From the NCBI GenBank assembly GCA_028534125.1, contig CM052817.1:56422001-56486000 (forward strand): a stretch of 64,000 nt of DNA. The letters are read 5' to 3'. The notes under the pieces were generated by a model that searched no databases, was not told the origin of the DNA, and worked only from the letters and a program-made list of their open reading frames with translations. The translations under genes and the position numbers were made by a program. Shown here in pieces: positions 37,661 through 49,672 of this stretch. Positions within the stretch are counted from its first letter, which is position 1. The number at the start of each line of letters is the position of its first letter. This stretch comes from Lama glama. Taxonomy: Eukaryota.

Positions 37661-40600
37661 TGTGTGTGTATGTGTGTAGGCACATTTGAGTAAAAAGGAC
37701 AAGCATAAAATTACATGCCTTAAAAACGTTATTGTTCAAAGTCAGAAATTAACACATCCCTTCATACCATAGGCCAAACATTTCTGACTGACTCCAATGC
37801 AGATGGCTATATTTAGGGACAATAATTTAAGTCATGAAATTAATTATATCCCTTCATTGCTAAGCCATGTAATGGCTTACAAAGCCATACAATCGCATAC
37901 AACAGGATTCTAAATTCTGTTCTAAAATGCATTTGAAATACTATGATAAGAGTAAGGCCATTTTATTATAAAGAATTCATTCATACTTAAGGCCACATCT
38001 ATATAAACAAATGCTTAAAATCGATTTGATTTGATTTGAAATTATAAAAAATATAATACGTACAATATTACCAAGATCCATTCGAACAGAACAATGAAAA
38101 CCAAAGCCAAGTTATAAAAGTTGGAGAGTAAAGACAGAAAAATTATATCAGAAATCCCTGGCTAAATAATACAGTCACAAATGGGAACTTCCTGATGTCT
38201 ATAACAGAAGAAAGTGAGGTGCATGCCGTTTGTTTTGTTTAGAAAATTGTATTGAACAGATGACTATATACATAAAAGCCACTGAGAACAAAACAGATGA
38301 TATCCTTAGAGTAGCCATATTTTTAAAAGCAGTGACTTTCCTCGTGCACATCGTTCCCACAACATTGCTATATTGCTACTACAACTACTACAATCTGGTG
38401 TCAGAAATGCTATTGTAAGGTGGTTTGCCTCCAAGATGAAGTAAAATATTAAAAAAAAAAAAAGTCAATATGCATTTGACATAATCCTTAAACCTATAGG
38501 TTTTTAAACTTTTTTCTGTACTGAAACATTCTTATTAAAAGAAATATATTATTGTCAATAATTTTGGTTTCAATGTAATTACATTTACATGGTTTCTATG
38601 ATACTAAAATGAGTATAGTGACAGCACTCTGGATGGTATCTGACCACCTATTTTCCATGACAAGAGAAAAGGGCTTATCCAAATATATACTGAATACTTC
38701 ATATCCATGTAAGGAAGAAATAGAACCATGAAGTTCTCCTTAAAATTATAAGAATTTACTTTGTTAGAAAGAAATTGCTAGCTCCATTCTTTCCTAACCT
38801 GCATATAAATAGTTCCTGTTGGTGGAGCTCTAAATGAATAAACACATGCTAGATCAATCATTGTACAGATGGTATTGCATTTATTTTTGACCAATGTTTT
38901 ACTAAGTAAAAGAGATGGTAAAAATGGCTCAAAATAAATTAATTAGACCAGAAGTCTGCTTGTTTCTTCCACAAGATTTTAGAACAAGAGCTTTGTAAAA
39001 GAAGAAGTTGGTTTGAATTTTGAGGGGAGCGTTAACAACTAATGGCTCTGCATTTTGGAGAACATGTAAATATCTTTTGAACATGAGACAAACCTGTGCT
39101 CTAATCATTCCTTTGATGAGTTTTTCTTTGAGAAGATGTATTTGTTTAAGATGTATATTGACGACAGAAGGTATACGCCTTTTTACTTCAAAAGAGGGAT
39201 CATCACCATTGCTCAAGCATGCGTTTGACTTTATTCAGTGAAGTATCTTTATCCACTTCTTTGGGGGAATTGTTTTTAGAGTAATCATGTTGTTCTAATA
39301 AAATGATCTGGATTGGCATTACTGTTTTCAGATGAGATTCTTGAGATTGGATTTCCAGGCTGTTTAGCACTGAATAATTTCCAACTATAGTTGTAATCTG
39401 TTTAGACTGGTGAAGTCTTAAATTACCATCTAGGTATAAATGAGCAAACATTTCATTAAAAGATGAAGAGTTTTATGACAATACCTTTCCTTGGAAAATC
39501 GAGCCACCTGAGCTTTTCTAATAGCTGGTGACATCCATTAGTGGTTTTCTCTGAAATTGAAAACATTTTCCATCTGTTCACACACACTCATTACAAAGTA
39601 GTTAAGAGCCTGTGGGATCACAAAGGCACGTTTTGGCAAATTACAAAATATCAAAATGAGTTATTGAAGAGGCAGCAATGACTACATAATAAGCTGCTCA
39701 AACCTGCAATTGTCAGGTTTTGTCTAAGAAAAGACATCTGGATGCTAAAATCTAGTTTACCTCTTAATACTCTGGATTCTTCCATTTGATGGAATTTATT
39801 TCTCTGTCTGTGACCCCAATTTTTTTCTTCTAAGGGAATTTGTGTAATTTTGTGAGTTTTCAAAAATAAAGACTTACTTTTTCAGTCTTTAGGGAACTGC
39901 CATTTAATAGATTCTCTTCAGAGGAACAAACTGGAGCAATGGATGTAAATAAACGCAGTAGAAGATTCTGGTGAGCACCAAGAAGAATTTTGATTGTCAG
40001 ACTACTAAATAATGGAAAATAAGCAGGGAGAGTGATAGAGGCTTGTCACCTGGATGCCTTCAGGAAGAGAACACACGGCCATCTCTGCTAAAAACACCCC
40101 CTTGCCAAACGAACAGGGGAAGTTCCAGATGATCTTTGACAAATGTTTCAGTGATTTCTTTTTCTGCCCTGACCGAATAACATATTAACTATGAACAAGT
40201 TGCTTTTGTGTTACCTAGAAGTTGTGATCTGAAGAAATGTGACAGATGACAGACAAAGTTCAACCGAAGGTGCGGAACAGAGCCTAGCACTAACAATCTC
40301 TGCAAGACAAGAAGAGTTAGGCCTTGGACGGTGACAGCGTGAGAGCTGGAAATGAAGCAGAGACAAAACACAGCATGGCTGCAAAAAGAAAACCTTATTT
40401 AGTCTGCAGTTTTTCCCAAGACTTATCTGCAAATATCTACCTAGATATAAAACTATAGATATTTCCTCTTTGAAATGTAACACACATTTTTCCATATTAG
40501 AATATTTTTAAAATACACATGTAAATAATATTTATTTTTATATCAATGTATAGGCTAAATATTAAAATTCAATGAAAGAAAGAAATGGTATTCCAGATTT

Positions 40601-43600
40601 AATTTTCCCTAGGCAATTTTTTCAAAGCGATTTATATTGCATGAGTTATTTCTCAAGAACTGGAAGGAAGGACAGAAGAAGAGGAAGGGGGAAGGAGGGA
40701 AAGAAGCAAATACTTTTGAACTAATATATGGTATTATAATACCATAATCTCTAGCATTCACTATTTAACATCATGCTCCAACAATTTTTCAGATATTTTT
40801 GAAGATGCAAATGAAAATGAAACTGGAAGAAGAATAACAAAGGATTTTCAACAGCATTTCTCAGTGTTTAGTAGTCCTGGGCAATATGGTTGTTTCAAAT
40901 CTAAGCCTCACTAATCATAATGATCAAATATTAGTTTTAACACTTCTACATTTTAATTTTTGTTTGCCAGCCAAGTCGATTTTAATGACCTTCAATATTA
41001 TAGAATTAGTTCAAACTGTCTGCTAGAGAGCTAATATGTCTGCTATCTCCAAAAACATTCCTTAAGAAAACAGAAAGTGAAAAAACTCTGTAGTTAAATA
41101 TGTAAGAATTTCTCATCAGAAAATATTTGGAAGTTTTGATGTGCACCAGGAGTGTTGATTCATTTTTTTTGTTTCTTTCAAGATTCTTTCCCTTTTCTAC
41201 ATTAAACACTGAATATTCCTTTCTATTTTCTAGACCCTTTTAGCCATAATACAGTATCTAAAATATTTTTCTACCACCCTGTTTTCCATACCACTCCTCA
41301 TCTATTAATAAAATGAGAATGTATGAAAGAAATCAGCTGTTGGATCGCTCATTAACGTATCAGTGTTTGCATACACAGGCAGTCTATTCTAAATGGTACA
41401 TTCCTGGAATAACTCTTCTTCATTTATTTGAAAAGTGCTATGTGGCATACATACAACTGTGAGTAAGAAGAAATATTTTCTTATGACATCTGCTTTGAAT
41501 ATTTTCAGGAAGATTAACCTTTAAAACTCGAAGATGTTTGTATCGAAACTTAAAATAAAACCATTAAACACAGGTAAGACTGCCTCTAGGCTGAAATGGA
41601 GATTTCAGCCCCAAATTCTATGCTGAACAGAACCTTGGCTCAGTTTGTGGTAAATGCCTTAAGAATTTTTGTAATACTAGTATCAACTCTTATCCAGTGA
41701 AAGACAGCTCATTCTCATTCAAGATGGACAATACCAAGTGCTATAAGTTTGTATTTTGAGGCCAAATTCTTTTACATATTTTACATTTTATAATAGATTT
41801 GCCTTCAAATTGACTTCAGTAGTTAAGTTCCAAAAAAATCACATAAATTCTGCCTTTATCAGCTGTGATGAAAATGCAGTTTATATACCAAAGACTTAAA
41901 TGAAACTGAGCTGAGGTTGGTGGGAGTCAGGCAGGGAGGGGCCTAACAAGAATAAAGTAGCTAACCCCAAAGAAATTCAAGCCACTTCAAAATCCACAAA
42001 CTACTTATTTGGTTTACATCAGAACGTGGTAGTAAATTCTAAGCATATTTGCTATAGGCAGATGCTAGTGTTGTCTTAGCTCACTGGAACAAGGGACAGT
42101 AGAAGGCATGGACTGAGGGGAGCTATTGAAAAATAGGGGTGGGCTGAATGAATTTTTAGCAGGTCAGATACACATATTGTAGACCTAGTGTTTCTGAGAA
42201 TGGTTTTAAAGCTGCAGTATACATGTATTACAATGTTATTAAACAAAAGAGGTAAACATTCAAGACAATTAAAGTGAATGGCATACTTTAACATAATAAA
42301 CATGTGTCAAAGATTTCTGAGGTTAGATATACTTTTATCGATGCTGTGTAAGTATACATCAGAATTTTTTTTCTACAATGAAATAGGTCTTCTTAGATAA
42401 AACCCAGATACCTTAAGAATTTTCTATCAAAACACCCAATTTTTATTCTCAGTATTCTTCAGGCACAGTAAGCACATTTTTGAAGTGGAGAGAAATAGAT
42501 TAATAGATACAAATAACCTTAATTAAACATCAAGGGTAAGTATTTACTACTCAGTTGTACATTTGTGAAGATCAAATATAAAATGCTCCAAATCTGCATT
42601 TAAAAGATCAGGTTTCAATCAAAGTTTCATTACTTAGAGTTCATGGAAAGTTATAGAATTAAATTAAACTCTTCAAATTAAAATTTGGGCATTCTAGTAA
42701 TTATCACTTATAGTGGCTGTGAAAATGATGCTATCTCCAGTTATTGCCTAAGTCACTAGTAATTATTTTATTCAAGGGATTATAAACATTGCTTTACAAA
42801 ATCAGTATAAATAAAATATTTGTAATTGAAGATGGGTTTTGTTTATAAATGTTTTCTTAAAGTAGGCAAATAATAAAGTACAGTCAACAGAGAAATTTTT
42901 TTAAAACCTACTGTTTGTGTAACATAACAAAGAATGCAACTCAAGAATAATATTTTACAGGCAATGGAAAACATATGATCTCTTCAAGGGCAGCAGGCAG
43001 CAGTAAAGCAATAATGTTAGAAATAAATGTTTCTGAAGAAGTAGAAGGCATCAACTATGAAGAAAAATAAACATGTCCCTGTAAACTTAAAAGAATTAAA
43101 AGAATAAAAGAATATAGGACCACAGATTTTGAAAATCACTTCTAATTGTTCAAAATTATTTGTGATGAGAGACATCATAGCTATCTTTTTCTTAAAAAAA
43201 AGATTACTAATAAGAATTTTTGTTACATTTTTCTCTCAGCAGTATTGTTAATAGCAGATATTACCACATGATGAATAAATGGAAGTACTGAATGAAAACC
43301 GCTAGTCTTTAGAAGCTTACATTATATCCTCATTTATCTAATCACATATATGGCACATCAACTCTTTGCAATATTAGCTAATATAATTATGGAGACAGCA
43401 GAAAAACTTGTTAAAAACTAAGTCAGTTAAGAAGTAATCTGCTAATCCTCCTCTTCTTAAATTAAGCATGTTTGAAGACAAGTAATTCATTGGAAGGTTC
43501 AGAGAAGACATGGGCCCACAGACCATAGAGCCTGCAGAGATTTTTTTTTTGAAAAGGAAATAGATCATATTTTAAAATCTTTTATGACATGAAAAAGTGA

Positions 43601-43814
43601 TCCTGAAAAACTTTTAGATATCTCATGCTCATTGCTAACTAAATATAGAATTGTCTGTCCACTGCTTGAAATTTTTTTTTATTATATCTAGTTAAGAAAA
43701 CAGAAAATTTAGCATTATGGAATAAAAACATTAAATGTTGATATAATAATTTAAGGAAAAGGACAAGGATTTTGAGTTCAGCAGACCTAATTCTGTTCTT
43801 GGTTTTGCCTCTAT

Positions 43815-44299
43815 TGAAGAAAAAAAATATTCTGACACTTGTTAAAATGGTAAGGAAGACTATTCCCAGCTACTGTGATACGTGTCAAGACTACGGCCAT
43901 AGGGGAGTGAGACTAAGCTCAGATCCAAATACAAGGAAAAGGGAATACAGCCAAGGACCAAGTTGCAGGCGGGTGTTGGTGGATGCAAAATTACTAAGAG
44001 GAGACATCAGGGGTAGGGGGAATTCTTGCTAAACTGACTCAGGATTTTTGTGGAAAGCAGGCCAAGGACTTAGCATCAAAGGCAGGGGATAAGGAATCTG
44101 ATCATACATAGAGGGTGGAAGATTCTCTCTAAACTGGCTTAGCAGGATACTTGCAAAAACTGGACTATGCGGGCCTACCAGACAGGGGCCACAGTCTGTC
44201 CTGGTCCAGAAGAGGGCTTAGAGGAGTCTGAGTTTCGGAGTTCCTGAGGAGTTACTGAGTTACTGAAGAGTAAAGTTCAGGCAGGGAGAATCTTTTTCA
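43815..44299 (-). mobile_element. ERV1 solo LTR (MER31/MER67 family) inserted into a MIR
   Basis: tg...attctgacacttgttaaaatggtaagg; gggaattcttgctaaactgac; ctaaactggcttagcagga; ends gagaatctttttca. Flanks 43768-43814 and 44300-44400 read as one MIR. Confidence 0.82.
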
Positions 44300-45770
44300 C
44301 CACTTACAATCTGTGTGACCTTCTTAATATGCCAAAATAAACATCAAATTCCATAGCAGCAAAACTGAGGTGATACTGATCTCATGAAGCTGTTACAAGA
44401 CAACGTGTCTTTGGTACCTGTGCTGGGGTGCTGGTGCAGCTAGATACACAGCTTTCACACACCTGCATTCCTCACGGTCTTAGCTGGATTTGAGTCAAGA
44501 GAACTGAGATTCTTCTAACCACAGGGCCTTTCTTCCACGTGAATTTCAAAGAAACATTTTCAATCCCCTGGCTTTAACATTCACAGTTGTTAAAATTTTC
44601 ACAGGTAGAAACCCAACACAATATTTTAAACTCCAGAGACTTAGTATGGCTACCAGTTGCCCCAAGGAAAAGGTAACTTAACTTTCAGTTTTGTTCTGAA
44701 TGAGAAGAAAGAGAATAAGATTATGTCATCAATATTTTTTCTTCTCTATTCCATCTGGGCACTGTATTTCATCTCATATTCATGAGTTTAGAAATGATTT
44801 CAAACACTAAATGATGATGAAAGAAGTACGGTGTTAGGGAACAATCAGGGGCTTGTCTTACATGACCAATGTTAAGTCCAAATAAGGTAAAATTAAAGGA
44901 GAAACATGGCCACTGTTCGTAGGACCTCTCACTAGACTCTTTTTCAACAGGGAAGAATCAGAGTGAAAGAACACTCGATGTGCATGTGTGTATGTGTCCT
45001 TGTCCAGCTGTCAGGTATTGTATTTTAAAATGTCACTTATTCTCAAAACAAAGTCTGGACTAGATGTTTTGAAGCTGACTTTGTAGACTGTGAAATAAAC
45101 ACAAGTAGGTCTCAAGGCATTCTATTTTTTTTAAGGGCAAAACTCTGTATTATTTTCTCTTCAAAGAAAGATTTTTATTCTATAATACTTTAAATTTTTG
45201 TCTATTACTGTGTAAGAATAAACTGTATTTAAATATGCCTATCTAGCTTTTTAAACAAATTTACGACATTTTCAAATGAGTAACAGGATTAATCCATGAG
45301 ATTGGGACTATTGTCTTCCTTAACTTTATATATGTAACTTTTTCTCATCTAAACCAATTTTTTGCCATACGAACAATTGTTTGTAAAGCATTGGTTTTAT
45401 GAATTTGAATGTTATTTTTATTTATGTTATTCTTATCTAAAAGAACGTTATTCTTTTATTTATGTTATTCTTTACCATAAGAAATCCTCATGGTAAATTT
45501 TCAACAAAGATTTCCTCAACATTCTCTGTCAGGTTAGGAGAGAGGAAAATTTTACTAAGTAGAGAAATTGTGAAGGTCTATTCCAGATTCACTTTTTCAG
45601 CTCAAGTTAAAAGGCTACTTTTCTTTTTACATTTTAAATACTTTGTTCTTCAAATATTGATTCTCTAATTCCTACAAATTTGTGAAAGATAATAACAATG
45701 AAAACACTTATTACCCATTGACTACTTACCATGTTCTAGTCAATATTGTGCTTATGGCATTCATTTTCTC

Positions 45771-46270
45771 NNNNNNNNNNNNNNNNNNNNNNNNNNNNNN
45801 NNNNNNNNNNNNNNNNNNNNNNNNNNNNNNNNNNNNNNNNNNNNNNNNNNNNNNNNNNNNNNNNNNNNNNNNNNNNNNNNNNNNNNNNNNNNNNNNNNNN
45901 NNNNNNNNNNNNNNNNNNNNNNNNNNNNNNNNNNNNNNNNNNNNNNNNNNNNNNNNNNNNNNNNNNNNNNNNNNNNNNNNNNNNNNNNNNNNNNNNNNNN
46001 NNNNNNNNNNNNNNNNNNNNNNNNNNNNNNNNNNNNNNNNNNNNNNNNNNNNNNNNNNNNNNNNNNNNNNNNNNNNNNNNNNNNNNNNNNNNNNNNNNNN
46101 NNNNNNNNNNNNNNNNNNNNNNNNNNNNNNNNNNNNNNNNNNNNNNNNNNNNNNNNNNNNNNNNNNNNNNNNNNNNNNNNNNNNNNNNNNNNNNNNNNNN
46201 NNNNNNNNNNNNNNNNNNNNNNNNNNNNNNNNNNNNNNNNNNNNNNNNNNNNNNNNNNNNNNNNNNNNNN
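45771..46270. other. Assembly gap (500 N)
   Basis: N run. Confidence 1.
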
Positions 46271-48666
46271 CCTGGGACCTGATTCCAGTCACAAATAGTC
46301 TGGCACTAGCCCTGGGTTACACGGGGCCCCAGCTCCTCTCAACAGGCTGACACCAGCTTTTCTACTCCCCAGACCCTGCAGCCAGCCATGTCAGGTAGCC
46401 GCTCCACCCACCAGCAGGCTGACACCAGATCCAAGATCCCTGATCCTGCAACTACCCACCTGGAGTTCAGATCCACCCACCAGTAGGCCAGCACTAACCA
46501 GGGGATCCTCCAAGAATGCACAGCCAGCTGCCTCATGATCCAGCCTAGCCCACTGGTGGATGACAGCCTCCCCCCAATCAGGGCCTGGCAACTGACCAGA
46601 CTAGGGGCCAGTCATGCAGACCAGACCACCCATAATTGTCAGCTTGCCACAACAGAAGGACCTAATGAATGCAGATACAAAAATTCTCAACAAAATATTA
46701 ACTAATCAAATTCAAACAATACATGAAAAGGAATCACACACCATGATCAAGTGAGGGATACAAAGATGGTTCAACATCTACAGTTCAGTCAGTGAGATAT
46801 TCCACAGTAACAAACTGAAAAATCAAATTCATAATAGATGCAGAAAAAGCTTTGACAACACTCAATATCTATTTATGTAGAAACTCTCACAAAGTGGGTA
46901 TAGAGGGAATATACCTCAACATAATAAAGACTATATAATGACAAGCCCACAGCTAGTATCATACTCAATGGTGAAAAGCTCAAAATACTTTTTCTAAGAC
47001 CAGGAACAAAGAAAAGGATGCCCACTTTTGCCACTTTTATTCACATAATATTGGAAGTTCTAGCCACAGCAATTAGGAAAGAAAAAGAAAAGAGGGAATC
47101 CAAATTGCAAGGAAAAAGTAAAACTGTCACTATTTGCAAATGGCCCAATATTATACATAGAAAATCCTAAAGACACCACCAAAAACAATTTCAACTTATC
47201 AATGAACTCGGTAAAGTTGAAGGATATAAGGCTGATATAGAGAAATCTGTTGCATTTCTATATACTAATAATGACCTATCAGAAATTAAGAAAATAATCC
47301 CATTTACAACTACATCAAAAAAGAATAAAATACTGAGGAATAAATCTAACCCAGGTGTTAAAAGACTAATACTGGGAAAACTATAAGACAAGAATGAAAG
47401 AAATTAAAGACCAATACAAACAGATGGCAAGGTACACTGTGTTCATGCACTGGAGGAATTAATATTGTTACAATAACTGTACTACCCAAGGCAATCTACA
47501 GAGTCAATGCAATTCCTATCAAAATATCAATTTTATTTTTCATAGAACTAGAACAAACAATTCTAAAGTTTGTATGGAAAAATAAAGCCAAAACGATGTT
47601 GAAAAAGAGAGTCAATAATAGTCAAAATAATCTTGAGGGAGAAGAACAAAGCTGGAGATGTCATGCCACCTGATTTCAAACTATACTATAAAGCTACCAT
47701 AATCAAAACAGTATGGTACTGGCACAAAAGCACACTGGCCTATGGGCCAGAATAGAGAGCCAGAATTGAACCCACACTTACATGGGCAATCAAACTACAA
47801 CAAAAGGGATGAGAAAGTACAATGAGGAAAAGATAGCCTCTTCAATAAATGATGTTTGGAAAACTATGGCTACATACAAAAGAATCAAACTATACTAATT
47901 TTTCATACCATGTACAAAAATTAATTCAAAATGGACTAAAGAATTAAATGTAAACCTGAAACCATAAAACTTCTAAAAGAAAATACAGGCAGTAAGCACT
48001 TTGACAGTAACCTTAGCAATACTTTTTGGATATGTCTTCTCAAAGCAAGGGAAACAGAAAAGGCAAGGGACTACATCAAAGAAAAAGCTCTTGTACAGCA
48101 AAGGAAATTATCATGAAATGAAAAGTTCACCTACTGGATGGGAATGTATCTTTGTATAGTGACATAACAGACTTATCAGGGTAATCATTTTGAAATGTCT
48201 AGAAATACTGAACCACTATAGTGGGTACCAGGAATTACCGTAGTGTTGTAAGTCAATTATACTTCAAAAAAAAACAAAAACAAAATAACAAACTGATAGA
48301 AAGAGATCAGAAATTTTGGTTACCAGAGGTGGAGGGTGGCAGAATTAGATAAAAGCAGTCAAAATGTACAAACTTCCAGTTATAAGATAAATGAGTACTA
48401 GGGGTATAATGTACAACATGATAAACATAATTAACACTGATGAATGTTATATATGAAAGTTGTTGAGAGTAAATCCTAAAAGTTCTCATCACGAGGAAAT
48501 ATTTTTTCTATTTTAAAATTTTTTTTAACTATGTGAGATGATGGATGTTCACTAAACTCACTGTGTTCATCATTTCATGATGTATGTAGGTCAAGTCATT
48601 ATGGTGTACACTTAAAACATATAGTGTTGTATATCAATTATATGTCAATGAAAGTGGAAGAAAAAA
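46271..48666 (+). mobile_element. Internally deleted laurasiatherian/cetartiodactyl L1: GC-rich 5'UTR (46271-46661), ORF2 RT region (46662-~48150), 3'UTR (~48150-48666)
   Basis: Repeated ccaccagcaggctgacaccag 5'UTR motifs; aaaattctcaacaaaatatta, tgacaagcccacagcta, aactgtcactatttgcaaatg; 3'UTR acaaacttccagttataagataaat, gagtaaatcctaaaagttctcatcac. Confidence 0.9.
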
Positions 48667-49454
48667 GTAACAGATTTTTTTAAAAAGTGATTCCCACCAC
48701 ATGGATATGGAGGCCTGTCTAACACATGTTCCACAAAAGGCCAAGGCTCAAATGTGCGTGCTCCATAAGGGTCTGTTGTTTGTTTTAGGTCTTGCTGTAT
48801 CCCTCGATCTTCAGTAGCTTCCCAGTAAACATGTGCATAATAAATGTTTTATTATTCATTTGCAATACCAGTTTAAGGATGGAAGAGTTGGAAAAGGAAG
48901 AGGGAGCTATATTTTTTTCTTTCTAGTTTTCAATAGTCAATTGCATGGCAGAGGGATTTTATTCCAAGATTTTATTTGAATGGTCTGAGAAGCAATGAAA
49001 TTGAGATCATGAACAATTTGTATAAATCAATCCACTAATGATAATACTGGAATTTAGGTCCCTGGGGTCTCTGCCGGAGGCGCTCTCTAACGAACATGAG
49101 AACTAGTAACACGGGAGATGGCAGGTGCAGGGACCATACCTTATACTCAGCATTGTATCTCCAACTCCTCCTACCTTGGTTAGGCACAGATCTGAAATGT
49201 GAAACACAAAACTTCAGTTCAGGAAAAAGCAGAGAAGGTCAGTGAAGGAGAGGACTGAGCTTAGCACCAAGCCTAGACAGAAAAACAGCTGCTGTCCCAG
49301 TTCCTGGGAGGACATGATATAAACTCCTCACAGAAAAGCAAGTAAGCCTGAAAGAGCAAGGTTACCTTGTGAGGTCAAAAGAACGTGAATCAGTCAGGGT
49401 TTCCAACAGCAACCAAAAAAGAAGACAGTTCTCTCCACCTGGGGTGGGATAATT

Positions 49455-49672
49455 TTTACTAATAGCTGTTATAGAAGGACTCTTACTTTCCAGGTGCTCT
49501 GTATCCATTATTTCTAATCTACCAGTTACCTTCCAAGGTCACGTTTTCTTTTTATTTGAGGAAACTAAAACCTAGTAGGTCAAGTAACTTTCCCATAGCC
49601 ACACAGAGATGGGAAGAAAAATCTATGCCTGTCTGATTTTAATACCTCTATCTTTTATATTATACCATGATG
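49455..49672 (-). mobile_element. MIR
   Basis: tgaggaaactaaaacctag...gtcaagtaactttcccatagccacaca core. Confidence 0.7.

Noticed and set aside
39380..39451. Faint resemblance of HLYLD...TIVG to the piggyBac catalytic region
   Set aside because: Motif spacing and downstream conserved residues do not fit; likely coincidence
41508..41580. Plus-strand exon-like segment ending CAG|gtaaga
   Set aside because: Stops in all three frames, weak acceptor and no partner exons
45682..46350. Long ORFs across 45.7-46.3 kb
   Set aside because: Artefacts of the N gap
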